Below, in pieces: positions 25,020 to 35,190 of a stretch of 46,519 bases of DNA. The notes below the pieces were generated by a model, which saw only the letters and a program-made list of their open reading frames with translations, made no database searches and was not told the DNA's origin. The translations under genes and the position numbers were made by a program. Origin of the DNA: Pseudomonadota bacterium. GTDB lineage: Bacteria; Pseudomonadota; Gammaproteobacteria; Burkholderiales; Casimicrobiaceae. Position 1 is the first letter of the stretch. Every line of letters starts with the position of its first letter. The stretch is from NCBI GenBank assembly GCA_021784125.1, contig JAJXTF010000001.1, positions 1 through 46,519 on the forward strand, written 5' to 3'.

Positions 25020-25758
25020 AGGCGCAGCGCGCGAGCAACCTGCCAACGCGGTAGGCGCGGCGCCGCTGCTGGCGGTCCGCGACCTGCAGGCGTGGTACGG
25101 TGAATCGCACGTCCTGCACGGCGTTTCGTTCGACGTCGCGCAGGGCGAGGTCGTGACGCTGCTCGGCCGCAACGGCGCCGGCAAGACGACGACGCTCAAG
25201 TCGATCATGGGCGTCGTGCCGCGGCGCGTCGGCTCGGTTGCGTTCGATGGCGTCGAGACGATCAGGCTGCCGTCGAACCGAATCGCAAGGCTGGGCCTCG
25301 CGTGGTGCCCCGAGGAGCGCGGCATCTTCGCGAGCCTCGACGTCGAGGAGAACCTGATGCTGCCGCCGAAGGTGCGCGACGGCGGGCTGTCGGTCGAGCA
25401 GATCTACGAGCTCTTCCCCAACCTCGCCGAGCGCCGCAGGAGCCAGGGCACGAAGCTCTCCGGCGGCGAGCAGCAGATGCTCGCGATCGGCAGGATCCTG
25501 CGCACGGGGGCGCGGCTCCTGCTCCTCGACGAGCCGACCGAGGGACTCGCGCCGGTCATCGTCCAGCAGATCGGGCGCACCATCATCGACCTCAAGGCGC
25601 GCGGTTTCACGATTCTGCTGGTCGAGCAGAATTTCCATTTCGCGGCGAAGGTCGCCGATCGGCATTGCGTCATGGAGCATGGACGCATCGTCGACGTGAT
25701 CGCCAACGCCGAGCTCGACGCCAGCCTGCCCAAGCTGCACAGGTACCTGGGCGTATGA
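25012..25758 (+). CDS. ABC transporter ATPase (LivF-like); start uncertain (TTG 25012 or GTG 25006)
   Basis: GRNGAGKTT, LSGGEQQMLAIGR, LLDEPTEGLAP, VEQN. Confidence 0.92.
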   Translation: MPEGAAREQPANAVGAAPLLAVRDLQAWYGESHVLHGVSFDVAQGEVVTLLGRNGAGKTTTLKSIMGVVPRRVGSVAFDGVETIRLPSNRIARLGLAWCPEERGIFASLDVEENLMLPPKVRDGGLSVEQIYELFPNLAERRRSQGTKLSGGEQQMLAIGRILRTGARLLLLDEPTEGLAPVIVQQIGRTIIDLKARGFTILLVEQNFHFAAKVADRHCVMEHGRIVDVIANAELDASLPKLHRYLGV

Positions 25759-25808
25759 CGGATCTCGCCCGGTTCGAATTCCAACCCGCTTCATCGAGGA
25801 GGAAACAC

Positions 25809-27026
25809 ATGAACGCAGCCAAACGTAGTCTGCTCGTGCTGGCCGTCGCCGGCATGTTCGCCGCAGGCTCGGCGAACGCGCAATACACGGGGAACGAGAT
25901 CAAGCTCGGCGTGCTCACCGACATGTCGAGCCTGTACACGGACCTCGCGGGGCAGGGCTCGGTGATCGCGGCGAAGATGGCCGTCGAGGACTCGGGCATC
26001 GAGAAGCGCGGCGTCAAGGTCGAGATCGTCTCGGCCGACCACCAGAACAAGCCCGACGTCGGTTCGGCGATCGCCCGCCGCTGGTACGACGCCGAGGGTG
26101 TCGATGCGATCGTCGACGTGCCGAATTCGGGCGTCGCGCTCGCGATCGCGCAGATCACCAAGGACAAGAACAAGGTGTTTCTCGCTTCCGGACCCGGGTC
26201 CTCCGACCTGACCGGCAAGGCCTGCACGCCCAACACCGTGCATTTCACCTACGACACGTGGATGCTCGCGAACGGGACGGGCACGGCGATCACCAGACAC
26301 GGTGGCAACACGTGGTTCTTCATCGCTGCCGATTACGCGTTCGGGCAGGCGCTCGAGCGCGACACGACGGCGGCGGTCGAGAAGGCGGGCGGCAAGGTTC
26401 TGGGCGACGTGAAGGCTCCGCTCAACACGCAGGACTTCTCGTCGTTCCTGCTCCAGGCACAGGCGTCGAAGGCCAAGGTGATCGGGCTGGCCAATGCCGG
26501 CGGCGACACGACGAACTCGATCAAGCAGGCGGCCGAGTTCGGCATCGTCAAGGGCGGGCAGCAGCTCGCCGGGCTGCTGGTGTTCCTGACCGACGTCCAC
26601 GCGATGGGATTGCAGACCGCGCAAGGCCTGACGCTGACGACCACGTTCTACTGGGACATGAACGACAAGACGCGGGCGTTCGCCAAGCGCTTCGCCGCCC
26701 AGGACAAGGGCATCTATCCGACGATGGTGCACGCCGGCGTCTACGCTTCGGTGCTCCACTACCTGAAGGCGGTCGAGGCGCTGAAGAGCGATGCGGACGG
26801 CGCCAGGGTCGTCGCCAAGATGAAGGAAATGCCCACCGACGACCCGCTGTTCGGCAAGGGATCGATCCGCATCGACGGTCGGGCGATCCATCCGGCTTAC
26901 CTCGTCCAGGTGAAGTCACCGGCCGAATCGAAGGCGCCCTGGGACTACTACAAGGTCCTGGCGACGATTCCGGCGGACGAGGCATTCCGCCCCCTAAAGG
27001 ACGGCGGCTGCTCGCTGGTCAAGTGA
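25809..27026 (+). CDS. ABC transporter periplasmic substrate-binding protein (Liv/Peripla_BP_6 type)
   Basis: Signal peptide ending ANA; IKLGVLTDMSSLY, ADHQNKPD, DYAFG, ANAGGD; SD GAGGAGG. Confidence 0.93.
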   Translation: MNAAKRSLLVLAVAGMFAAGSANAQYTGNEIKLGVLTDMSSLYTDLAGQGSVIAAKMAVEDSGIEKRGVKVEIVSADHQNKPDVGSAIARRWYDAEGVDAIVDVPNSGVALAIAQITKDKNKVFLASGPGSSDLTGKACTPNTVHFTYDTWMLANGTGTAITRHGGNTWFFIAADYAFGQALERDTTAAVEKAGGKVLGDVKAPLNTQDFSSFLLQAQASKAKVIGLANAGGDTTNSIKQAAEFGIVKGGQQLAGLLVFLTDVHAMGLQTAQGLTLTTTFYWDMNDKTRAFAKRFAAQDKGIYPTMVHAGVYASVLHYLKAVEALKSDADGARVVAKMKEMPTDDPLFGKGSIRIDGRAIHPAYLVQVKSPAESKAPWDYYKVLATIPADEAFRPLKDGGCSLVK

Positions 27027-27041
27027 CCAATCGCGCCGGAA

Positions 27042-27104
27042 CCCTCACCCCGGCCCTCTCCCCTCCGGGGAGGGGGTGCCGCGCGGGCGCGCGGCGGGTG
27101 AGGG
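27042..27104. repeat. BoxC-like / REP-like palindromic element after the binding-protein gene
   Basis: Outer inverted repeat CCCTCACCC...GGGTGAGGG encloses CCCTCTCCCC-TCC-GGGGAGGGGG and a GC hairpin. Confidence 0.65.
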
Positions 27105-27129
27105 ATCGCGCGCCGCTTGTGCGCAACGG

Positions 27130-28017
27130 ATGATCTCCATGCAGGCACTTTTCGGCCAGCTGCTGATCGGGCTCATCAACGGCGCTTTCTACGCCGTTCT
27201 GTCGCTGGGGCTCGCCGTCATCTTCGGCCTGCTCAACATCATCAACTTCACGCACGGCGCCCAGTACATGCTGGGGGCGTTCTGCGCGTGGTTCCTGCTG
27301 CAGTACGTCCACATCGGCGACTGGCACCCGGGATACTGGTCGTCGCTGATCATCGCGCCGATCGTCGTCGGCGCCTTCGGCATGCTGATCGAGCGCACGA
27401 TGCTCTCCCGGCTCTACAAGCTCGATCACCTGTACGGCCTGCTGCTCACCTTCGGGCTCGCGCTGGTCATCCAGGGCGTATTCCGCAACGAATTCGGCTC
27501 GTCGGGGCTGCCTTACCAGATTCCATCGGCGCTGGCCGGCGGCGTCAACCTCGGGTTCATGTATCTGCCGATCTACCGCGCGTGGGTCATCGTCGCGTCG
27601 CTGGTCGTGTGCGTCGTGACGTGGTACGTGATCGAGCGCACCAAGCTCGGCAGCTACCTGCGCGCGGCGACCGAGAACCCGACGCTGGTGCAGGCGTTCG
27701 GCATCAACGTGCCGCTGATGATCACTCTGACCTTCGGCGCCGGCGTCGGCCTCGCCGCGTTCGCCGGGGTCATGGCCGCACCGATCTACCAGGTCAATCC
27801 GCTGATGGGCGCGGACCTGATCATCGTCGTGTTCGCGGTCGTCGTCATCGGCGGCATGGGCTCGATCATGGGTGCGATCCTGACCGGTTTCGGCCTGGGT
27901 GTCGTCGAGGGACTCACCAAGTATTTCTATGCCGAGGCGTCGACGACGGTCATCTTCGTCATCATGGTGATCGTGCTGATGATCAAGCCGGCGGGCTTGT
28001 TCGGACGGGAGCGCTGA
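27130..28017 (+). CDS. ABC transporter permease (LivH-like)
   Basis: GLINGAFYAVLSLGLAVIFG..INFTHG, G..LRA, VVIGGMGS, KPAGLFG. Confidence 0.93.
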   Translation: MISMQALFGQLLIGLINGAFYAVLSLGLAVIFGLLNIINFTHGAQYMLGAFCAWFLLQYVHIGDWHPGYWSSLIIAPIVVGAFGMLIERTMLSRLYKLDHLYGLLLTFGLALVIQGVFRNEFGSSGLPYQIPSALAGGVNLGFMYLPIYRAWVIVASLVVCVVTWYVIERTKLGSYLRAATENPTLVQAFGINVPLMITLTFGAGVGLAAFAGVMAAPIYQVNPLMGADLIIVVFAVVVIGGMGSIMGAILTGFGLGVVEGLTKYFYAEASTTVIFVIMVIVLMIKPAGLFGRER

Positions 28018-28019
28018 TC

Positions 28020-28988
28020 TTGGCGACTGCACTGGCCGTTGCAGCCGCGGGGGCGCGACCGCGCGGCCGGATCCTGCTCGCGACCGCGGTCATGGCCGCC
28101 GCGCTTGCCATCGCGCCGCTCGTCGACATCTATCCCGTGATCGTCGAGAAGGCGATGTGCTTTGCTCTCTTCGCCTGCGCCTTCAATCTCCTGCTGGGTT
28201 TCGGGGGGCTGTTGTCGTTCGGCCACGCGATGTTCCTCGGCACCGCGGGCTATGTCTGCGCCTACGCGGCGAAGCGGTGGGGCCTGTCGCCGGAGCTCGC
28301 GATACTCCTGGGGACCGCGACCTCGGCCGCGCTCGGCGTGGTCGTCGGCGCAGTGGCGATCCGCAGGCAGGGCATCTACTTCGCGATGGTCACGCTCGCG
28401 ATCGCGCAGATGATGTATTTCGTCTACGTGCAGGCGCCCTTCACGCACGGCGAGGACGGCATACAGTCGGTGCCGCGCGGCAGGCTGTTCGGCCTGATCG
28501 ATCTGTCCCACTCGCTGGCGATGTACTACACGGTGCTGGTCGTGTTCATCGCAGCGTTCCTGCTGATCTACCGGATCGTCCATTCGCCGTTCGGGCAGGT
28601 CCTGAAGGCGATCCGCGAGAACGAGCCGCGCGCCATTTCCCTGGGTTACGATGCCGATCGCTACAAGCTGCTGGCCTTCGTCCTGTCCGCGACGCTCGCG
28701 GGGCTCGCCGGGGCGCTGAAGGCCATCGTGTTCCAGCTGGCATCCCTGACCGACGTCCACTGGTCGATGTCCGGCGAGGTCGTGCTGATGACGCTCCTGG
28801 GCGGCATGGGCACGATCTTCGGGCCGGTCGTCGGGGCGTTCATCATCGTCGCGCTCGAGAACTACCTGGCCGGCTTCGGCGAATGGGTGACCGTCATCAC
28901 GGGCGCGATATTCGTCGTCTGCGTGCTCGCGTTCCGCCGCGGTGTCGTGGGGGAGCTCGGTGCCTGGTGGAAGGGCCGGCAGGGCTGA
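28020..28988 (+). CDS. ABC transporter permease (LivM-like); start uncertain
   Basis: FNLLLGFGGLLSFGHA, GIYFAMVTLA, SPFGQVLKAIRENE, LLGGMGTIFGP. Confidence 0.92.
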   Translation: MATALAVAAAGARPRGRILLATAVMAAALAIAPLVDIYPVIVEKAMCFALFACAFNLLLGFGGLLSFGHAMFLGTAGYVCAYAAKRWGLSPELAILLGTATSAALGVVVGAVAIRRQGIYFAMVTLAIAQMMYFVYVQAPFTHGEDGIQSVPRGRLFGLIDLSHSLAMYYTVLVVFIAAFLLIYRIVHSPFGQVLKAIRENEPRAISLGYDADRYKLLAFVLSATLAGLAGALKAIVFQLASLTDVHWSMSGEVVLMTLLGGMGTIFGPVVGAFIIVALENYLAGFGEWVTVITGAIFVVCVLAFRRGVVGELGAWWKGRQG

Positions 28989-29014
28989 GGTCCGCGGACG
29001 ATGTGCAGCCGCGT

Positions 29015-29044
29015 TTGACCCATACTCCCGTAACGCGATAAAAT
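29015..29044 (+). promoter_or_regulatory. Sigma70 promoter upstream of tpiA
   Basis: TTGACC-N18-TAAAAT. Confidence 0.6.
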
Positions 29045-29168
29045 CCGAAGGTTTTGGTGGTGGGTCCGCGCTGTCTGCAGCCCGGTCCGGCCTTGCAGTG
29101 GCCGGATGAGCCGGGCTGGATGCAGCCGCATCGATTGCGAGTCGGGCGCCACCGATGCAGGGTGAGGC

Positions 29169-29903
29169 ATGCGCGAGAAGCTCGTCGTTGGCAACTGGAA
29201 GATGAACGGCGGGCTCGCGACGAACGCGGAGCTGCTGGCTCGCCTCGCGTCGGAGTGGACGCCCGGCGACGCACGCAAGCTCGTCGTTTGCGTACCGGCG
29301 CCCTACCTCGCCCAGGCCCAGGCTGCGCTGTCGGCCAGCGCGGTGATGTGGGGGGTGCAGGACGTCAGCGAGCACGCCGCGGGTGCGTACACGGGCGAGA
29401 TCGCGGCGGGGATGGCAGTGGAATTCGGGTGTCGCTACGCGATCGTCGGTCACTCCGAACGCCGGAGACTGCACGGCGAGACCGACGGGGTGGTGGGCGC
29501 GAAGGCGCTCGCTGCGCTGGGCAGAGGCCTGACGCCGATTGCCTGCGTCGGCGAGACGCTCGACGAACGCGAGCGCGGTGCGACCGATGCCGTCGTGACG
29601 CGCCAGCTCGACGCGCTGATCGAGGCGCTGGGTGCAAGGATGCGAGGTTGCGTCGTCGCCTACGAGCCGGTGTGGGCGATCGGCACGGGCCGGACGGCGT
29701 CGCCCGAGCAGGCCCAGGCGGTGCACGCAGTGCTGCGCTCGCGGCTGGCGGGTGCGGGGGCAGGCGATGTGGGCCTGTTGTACGGCGGCAGCGTCAAGGG
29801 ATCGAACGCCGCCGCGTTGTTTGCTATGTCAGACATCGATGGCGCGCTGGTAGGTGGCGCGTCGCTCGATGCCGATGAATTTTTGACGATCGCGCGTGCC
29901 TAA
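29169..29903 (+). CDS. tpiA: Triosephosphate isomerase
   Basis: GNWKMN, GHSERR, AYEPVWAIGTG, LYGGSV, LVGGASL. Confidence 0.98.
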   Translation: MREKLVVGNWKMNGGLATNAELLARLASEWTPGDARKLVVCVPAPYLAQAQAALSASAVMWGVQDVSEHAAGAYTGEIAAGMAVEFGCRYAIVGHSERRRLHGETDGVVGAKALAALGRGLTPIACVGETLDERERGATDAVVTRQLDALIEALGARMRGCVVAYEPVWAIGTGRTASPEQAQAVHAVLRSRLAGAGAGDVGLLYGGSVKGSNAAALFAMSDIDGALVGGASLDADEFLTIARA

Positions 29904-29942
29904 GGACTGATCGAGGGCTGCGGCGCGTTGGAGCAGGCAGGT

Positions 29943-30377
29943 ATGGGTCTCATTCAATCGATCGTGCTGGTGTTGCACGTGCTCGTGGCGCTTGCCGTCA
30001 TCGGGTTCGTGTTGCTCCAGCACGGAAAAGGCGCCGACATGGGCGCGGCGTTCGGCGGCGGATCGTCGGGCAGCCTGTTCGGTGCGGCGGGCTCGGCGAA
30101 TTTCCTGTCGCGGACGACTGCGCTGCTCGCGACGGTGTTCTTCGTCACCAGCATCGCGCTGACCTGGTTCGGGTCCCGCGAGGGAACGCCGCAAGGCGTG
30201 ATGGACAAGGGCGTGATGGAGCGCACGCTGCCGCCGCCAGCACCCACCGACGTGCCGCAGCCGGCCGCGCCGGCGGCTGTCGCGCCGGGCGCAGCCGCGC
30301 CCGCTGCCGCCGGAAATGCGTCGCCCGCGCCCGGCGCCGGCGGGCAGGCGCCGAAGCAGGGCGAGGTTCCGAAGTAG
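29943..30377 (+). CDS. secG: Preprotein translocase subunit SecG
   Basis: VLLQHGKGADMGAAFGGGSSGSLFG...NFLSRTT; canonical position after tpiA. Confidence 0.96.
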   Translation: MGLIQSIVLVLHVLVALAVIGFVLLQHGKGADMGAAFGGGSSGSLFGAAGSANFLSRTTALLATVFFVTSIALTWFGSREGTPQGVMDKGVMERTLPPPAPTDVPQPAAPAAVAPGAAAPAAAGNASPAPGAGGQAPKQGEVPK

Positions 30378-30386
30378 CGGGCCGGC

Positions 30387-30416
30387 GAAACAGCGGGAAA
30401 CAGCGCGAAACAGCGG
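30387..30416 (+). repeat. 3 x 10-bp tandem repeat GAAACAGCG(G/C)
   Basis: GAAACAGCGG GAAACAGCGC GAAACAGCGG between secG and the tRNA. Confidence 0.85.
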
Positions 30417-30428
30417 GCGCATGAACAT

Positions 30429-30513
30429 GCCGACGTGGTGAAATTGGTAGACACGCTGTCTTGAGGGGGCAGTGGCGCAAGCCGTGGGAGTTCGAGTCTC
30501 CCCGTCGGCACCA
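30429..30513 (+). tRNA. tRNA-Leu(GAG)
   Basis: Acceptor stem GCCGACG/CGTCGGC-A-CCA; anticodon arm CTGTC-TTGAGGG-GGCAG; long variable arm GGC-GCAA-GCC; T arm GGGAG-TTCGAGT-CTCCC; 85 nt. Confidence 0.97.
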
Positions 30514-30636
30514 GGTTGATGGCAAGGGCGGGCATCCGGATTCCGCCGGAAGCAGGCAGAAGGAAGGATTCGCAGCAGGCCGTTCCGCGGTACCCGAGGC
30601 AACTCTGCAGCACTTCAGGCGCACGCGCCGATCACG

Positions 30637-30993
30637 ATGCTCGAACAGTACTTTCCCATCCTCGTCTTCATTCTGTTCGGCATCGGACTCGGGGCGCTGC
30701 TGCTCACGGTCGGGCGCTTCGTGTCGCCCAATCGCCCGGACCCGGAAAAGCTGTCGCCCTACGAGTGCGGATTCGAGGCGTTCGAGGACGCGCGGATGAA
30801 ATTCGACGTTCGCTACTACCTCGTCGCGATCCTGTTCATCCTGTTCGACCTCGAGATCGCGTTCCTCTTTCCCTGGGCCGTCGTGCTGCCCCGGATCGGC
30901 CTGTTCGGCTTCGGTGCGATGATGGTCTTCCTGCTGATCCTCGTCGTCGGCTTCGTCTACGAATGGAAGAAAGGCGCGCTGGAGTGGGAATGA
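30637..30993 (+). CDS. nuoA: NADH-quinone oxidoreductase subunit A
   Basis: [30 protein letters not shown]. Confidence 0.98.
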   Translation: MLEQYFPILVFILFGIGLGALLLTVGRFVSPNRPDPEKLSPYECGFEAFEDARMKFDVRYYLVAILFILFDLEIAFLFPWAVVLPRIGLFGFGAMMVFLLILVVGFVYEWKKGALEWE

Positions 30994-31002
30994 GGAGCGG
31001 CC

Positions 31003-31479
31003 ATGGCCATTGAAGGCGTGCTGGAGAAGGGCTTCGTCACGACCACGCTCGACAGCGTGATCAACTGGGCGCGCAACGGCTCGATGTGGCCGATGACCTT
31101 CGGGCTCGCGTGCTGCGCCGTCGAGATGATGCACGCCGGGGCGTCACGCTACGACCTCGATCGTTTCGGCATCGTCTTCCGGCCGAGCCCGCGCCAGTCC
31201 GACGTGATGATCGTCGCAGGCACGCTGTGCAACAAGATGGCGCCCGCGCTGCGCAAGGTCTACGACCAGATGGCCGAGCCCCGCTGGGTGATCTCGATGG
31301 GGTCCTGCGCCAACGGCGGCGGCTACTACCACTACTCGTACTCGGTGGTCCGCGGCTGCGACCGCATCGTTCCGGTCGACATCTACGTCCCGGGCTGTCC
31401 GCCGACGTCCGAGGCCCTGCTCTACGGCATCCTGCAGCTCCAGAACAAGATCTGGCGCACCAACACGATCGCGCGCTGA
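31003..31479 (+). CDS. nuoB: NADH-quinone oxidoreductase subunit B
   Basis: [29 protein letters not shown]. Confidence 0.98.
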   Translation: MAIEGVLEKGFVTTTLDSVINWARNGSMWPMTFGLACCAVEMMHAGASRYDLDRFGIVFRPSPRQSDVMIVAGTLCNKMAPALRKVYDQMAEPRWVISMGSCANGGGYYHYSYSVVRGCDRIVPVDIYVPGCPPTSEALLYGILQLQNKIWRTNTIAR

Positions 31480-32075
31480 TGGCGGAGTCCCCCGACACTC
31501 TGGTTGCGGTCCTGGGCAGCGCCCTCGACGGGATGCTCGCCGGCACGACCGTCGATCGGGGCGAAGTGACGATCGTGATTCCGGCCGGCCGCTACCTGGA
31601 AGCGATGCGTGCGTTGCGCGACCGTCCGGAGCTGCGCTTCGAGACCCTGATCGACCTCTGCGGTGTCGACTACTCGATCCACGGCGACGGCCACGGCGGC
31701 CCGCGCTTCGGCGTCGTGTCCCACCTGCTGTCGCTCGCCCACAACCGGCGGCTGCGGGTCCGCACCTTCGCCCCCGACGACGATTTTCCGGTCGTTCCCA
31801 GCGTGATCGACGTCTGGCCCTCGGTCAACTGGTTCGAACGCGAGGCTTTCGACCTGTTCGGCATCGTGTTTCCGGGGCATCCAGACCTGCGTCGGCTGCT
31901 CACCGACTACGGCTTCGTCGGCCATCCGTTCCGCAAGGATTTTCCGATCTCGGGCTACGTCGAGATGCGCTACGACCCGGAGCTGGCGCGCGTGGTCTAC
32001 CAGCCGGTGTCGATCGAGCCCCGCGAGATCGTGCCGCGGATCATCCGCGAAGAGAACTACGCGGAAGGCGAGTGA
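31479..32075 (+). CDS. nuoC: NADH-quinone oxidoreductase subunit C
   Basis: [43 protein letters not shown]. Confidence 0.97.
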   Translation: MAESPDTLVAVLGSALDGMLAGTTVDRGEVTIVIPAGRYLEAMRALRDRPELRFETLIDLCGVDYSIHGDGHGGPRFGVVSHLLSLAHNRRLRVRTFAPDDDFPVVPSVIDVWPSVNWFEREAFDLFGIVFPGHPDLRRLLTDYGFVGHPFRKDFPISGYVEMRYDPELARVVYQPVSIEPREIVPRIIREENYAEGE

Positions 32076-32077
32076 CG

Positions 32078-33331
32078 GTGGCCGAAGTCCGCAACTACAC
32101 CATGAACTTCGGGCCGCAGCACCCGGCGGCGCACGGCGTGCTGCGCCTGGTGCTGGAGCTCGACGGCGAGGTCATCGTGCGCGCCGATCCGCACATCGGG
32201 CTGCTGCATCGTGCGACCGAGAAACTCGCCGAGACTCGCACGTGGATCCAGTCGCTGCCGTACATGGACCGGCTCGACTACGTCTCGATGATGTGCAACG
32301 AGCACGGCTACTGCCTCGCGATCGAGCGGCTGCTCGGCATCGAGGTGCCGGAGCGCGCGCTCTGGATCCGGACGATGTTCGACGAGATCACCCGCATCAT
32401 GAATCACCTGATGTGGCTGGGATCGCATTCGCTGGACGTCGGCGCGATGACGACCTTCCTCTACGCCTTCCGCGAGAGGGAGGACCTGTTCGACATGTAC
32501 GAGGCCGTGTCGGGGGCGCGGATGCACGCCGCCTACTACCGCCCCGGCGGCGTCTACCGCGACCTTCCGGAGCAGATGCCCAGGTACGCGGCGCAGAAGA
32601 CGCGCAACGCGCGCGCGCTGGCGCAGATGAACGAGAACCGCCAGGGATCGCTGCTCGACTTCATCGAGGATTTCGCGCGCCGCTTCCCCGGCTACGTCGA
32701 TGACTACGAGACGCTCCTGACCGACAACCGGATCTGGAAGCAGCGCACGGTAGGCATCGGCGTCGTTAGCGCGGAACGGGCGATGGCGCTGGGCTTCACC
32801 GGTCCGATGCTGCGGGGTTCCGGGGTCCCCTGGGACCTGCGCAAGAAGCAGCCCTATGCCGCCTACGACCGCGTGGACTTCGACATTCCGGTCGGCGTCA
32901 ACGGCGACTGCTACGACCGCTACCTGGTGCGCATCCACGAGATGCGCCAGTCGAACCGCATCATCGCCCAGTGCGTCGCGTGGCTGCGCGCGCATCCGGG
33001 GCCGGTGATCGTCGACAACTTCAAGGTGGCGCCGCCCGCCCGCGAAGCGATGAAGACGAACATGGAAGAGCTGATCCACCACTTCAAGCTCTTCACCGAG
33101 GGCATCCACGTCCCGGCCGGCGAGGTCTACGCGGCGATCGAGCATCCGAAAGGGGAGTTCGGTGTCTATGCGATCTCCGACGGCGCGAACAAGCCGTACC
33201 GGATCAAGCTGCGCACGCCGGACTACGTCCACCTGTCCGCGCTCGACGAGATGTCGCGCGGCCACATGATCGCCGACGTCGTCGCGATCATCGGAACTCA
33301 GGACATCGTGTTCGGATCCATTGATCGATGA
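32078..33331 (+). CDS. nuoD: NADH-quinone oxidoreductase subunit D (GTG start at 32078 or 32072)
   Basis: [34 protein letters not shown]. Confidence 0.98.
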   Translation: MAEVRNYTMNFGPQHPAAHGVLRLVLELDGEVIVRADPHIGLLHRATEKLAETRTWIQSLPYMDRLDYVSMMCNEHGYCLAIERLLGIEVPERALWIRTMFDEITRIMNHLMWLGSHSLDVGAMTTFLYAFREREDLFDMYEAVSGARMHAAYYRPGGVYRDLPEQMPRYAAQKTRNARALAQMNENRQGSLLDFIEDFARRFPGYVDDYETLLTDNRIWKQRTVGIGVVSAERAMALGFTGPMLRGSGVPWDLRKKQPYAAYDRVDFDIPVGVNGDCYDRYLVRIHEMRQSNRIIAQCVAWLRAHPGPVIVDNFKVAPPAREAMKTNMEELIHHFKLFTEGIHVPAGEVYAAIEHPKGEFGVYAISDGANKPYRIKLRTPDYVHLSALDEMSRGHMIADVVAIIGTQDIVFGSIDR

Positions 33332-33858
33332 TGCTCTCTGACGACGCACGGACACGGATCGACCGCGAGGTCGCCAAGTACCCCGCCGACCAGAAGCAGT
33401 CGGCGGTGATGTCGGCGCTCGCGATCGCGCAGGACGAGCACGGCTGGCTGCCGACGCCCCTGATGGACGAGGTCGCGCGCTACCTCGGGATGCCGCCGGT
33501 CGCCGTCTACGAGGTCGCGTCGTTCTACGAGATGTACAACCTGAAGCCGACCGGACGCTTCAAGCTGACGATCTGCACCAACCTGCCTTGCGCGCTGCAG
33601 GGCGCGACGGCGGCGGCCGAGCACCTGAAGCGCCGGCTGGGCGTCGGCTTCGGCGAGACGACCGCCGATGGCCGCTTCACGCTGAAGGAGGGCGAGTGCA
33701 TGGGCGCCTGCGGCGACGCGCCGGTGGTCATCGTCAACAACAAGCGCATGGAGGGTTTCATGTCGCCGTCGAAGCTCAATGCGCTGCTGGACGAACTCAC
33801 CGCCGCCGCCGACCGCGGTGAAGGCGCGCCGGGCGGCACGGAGCCCGCGGGATCATGA
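33328..33858 (+). CDS. nuoE: NADH-quinone oxidoreductase subunit E
   Basis: CTNLPC...ECMGAC 2Fe-2S ligands. Confidence 0.97.
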   Translation: MMLSDDARTRIDREVAKYPADQKQSAVMSALAIAQDEHGWLPTPLMDEVARYLGMPPVAVYEVASFYEMYNLKPTGRFKLTICTNLPCALQGATAAAEHLKRRLGVGFGETTADGRFTLKEGECMGACGDAPVVIVNNKRMEGFMSPSKLNALLDELTAAADRGEGAPGGTEPAGS

Positions 33859-35159
33859 ACGCTCCTTCCGAATTCATCGACTACGGCCCCGACGCGGTGC
33901 TGCTGGCGGGGCTCAACGGCCGCAACTGGCGGCTCGCCGACTACGTGCGGCGCGGCGGCTACGAGGCCCTGAAGAAGATCCTCGCCGAGAAGATCCCGCC
34001 CGAGCAGGTGATCGCCGAGGTGAAGAAATCCGCCTTGCGCGGGCGCGGCGGCGCCGGCTTCCCGACCGGGCTCAAGTGGAGCTTCATGCCGCGCCAGTTC
34101 CCGGGCGACAAGTACCTGGTCTGCAACTCGGACGAGGGCGAGCCAGGGACGTTCAAGGACCGCGACCTCCTGCGCTACAACCCGCATGCGCTGTTCGAAG
34201 GCATGGCCATCGCCGCGTACGCGATGGGCTGCGCCCGCGGCTACAACTACATCCACGGCGAGATCTGGGACGTCTACGAGCGCTGCGAGGAGGCGATCGG
34301 CGAGGCCTACGCCGCGGGTTTCCTGGGCAACGACATCCTGGGCAGCGGATTCGGCTTCCACCTGTTCAACCATCACGGCTACGGCGCCTACATCTGCGGC
34401 GAGGAGACCGGGCTGCTCGAATCGCTCGAGGGCAAGAAAGGGCAGCCGCGCTTCAAGCCGCCGTTCCCGGCGAGCTTCGGCCTCTACGGCAAACCGACGA
34501 CGATCAACAACACCGAGACCTTCGCCGCCGTGCCGTGGATCATGCGCAACGGCGGCGAGTGGTTCCTGAACCTGGGCCTGCCGAACAACGGCGGGACCAA
34601 GATCTTCTCGGTGTCCGGCGACGTCGAGCGCCCCGGCAACTACGAGATCAGGCTCGGCACGCCGTTCTCGAAGCTGCTGGAGATGGCCGGCGGCGTGCGC
34701 GGCGGCCGCGGGCTGAAGGCGGTCATCCCCGGCGGGTCGTCCGCCCCGGTGCTGCCCGGCGACGTGATGATGGGGCTCACGATGGACTACGACGCGATCG
34801 CCAAGGCGGGATCGATGCTGGGCTCGGGCGCGGTCATCGTCATCGACGACACGCGCTGCATGGTCAAGAGCCTGTCGCGCCTGTCGTATTTCTACTACGA
34901 GGAGTCCTGCGGGCAGTGCACGCCCTGCCGCGAGGGCACGGGCTGGATGTGGCGGATGGTCGACCGCATCGAGCACGGCAAGGGCCGCCCGGAGGACCTG
35001 GACGTCCTCACCTCGGTGGCGGACAACATCGCCGGCCGGACGATATGCGCGCTGGGCGATGCGGCCGCGCTGCCGGTGAAGAGCTTCATCAGGCACTTCC
35101 GCCACGAATTCGAGCACCACATCCAGCACGGCCAGTGCGTCGTTCCGCAGTACGTCTGA
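33855..35159 (+). CDS. nuoF: NADH-quinone oxidoreductase subunit F
   Basis: [40 protein letters not shown]. Confidence 0.98.
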   Translation: MNAPSEFIDYGPDAVLLAGLNGRNWRLADYVRRGGYEALKKILAEKIPPEQVIAEVKKSALRGRGGAGFPTGLKWSFMPRQFPGDKYLVCNSDEGEPGTFKDRDLLRYNPHALFEGMAIAAYAMGCARGYNYIHGEIWDVYERCEEAIGEAYAAGFLGNDILGSGFGFHLFNHHGYGAYICGEETGLLESLEGKKGQPRFKPPFPASFGLYGKPTTINNTETFAAVPWIMRNGGEWFLNLGLPNNGGTKIFSVSGDVERPGNYEIRLGTPFSKLLEMAGGVRGGRGLKAVIPGGSSAPVLPGDVMMGLTMDYDAIAKAGSMLGSGAVIVIDDTRCMVKSLSRLSYFYYEESCGQCTPCREGTGWMWRMVDRIEHGKGRPEDLDVLTSVADNIAGRTICALGDAAALPVKSFIRHFRHEFEHHIQHGQCVVPQYV

Positions 35160-35190
35160 ACGGCAGGCAATCCGATCACAAGAGCACTCG

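Noticed and set aside
30230-30377. Ala/Pro-rich tails of SecG, RpsF and the aminopeptidase as novel domains
   Set aside because: These are low-complexity extensions common in high-GC genomes.
30429-30636. Integrative element or prophage at tRNA-Leu
   Set aside because: No integrase and no duplicated tRNA 3' end; nuoA follows after about 120 bp in the canonical order.
31453-31455. NuoB KIWR where KIRR is usual
   Set aside because: It is a single substitution outside the Fe-S ligands and cannot be told apart from neutral variation or sequencing error.
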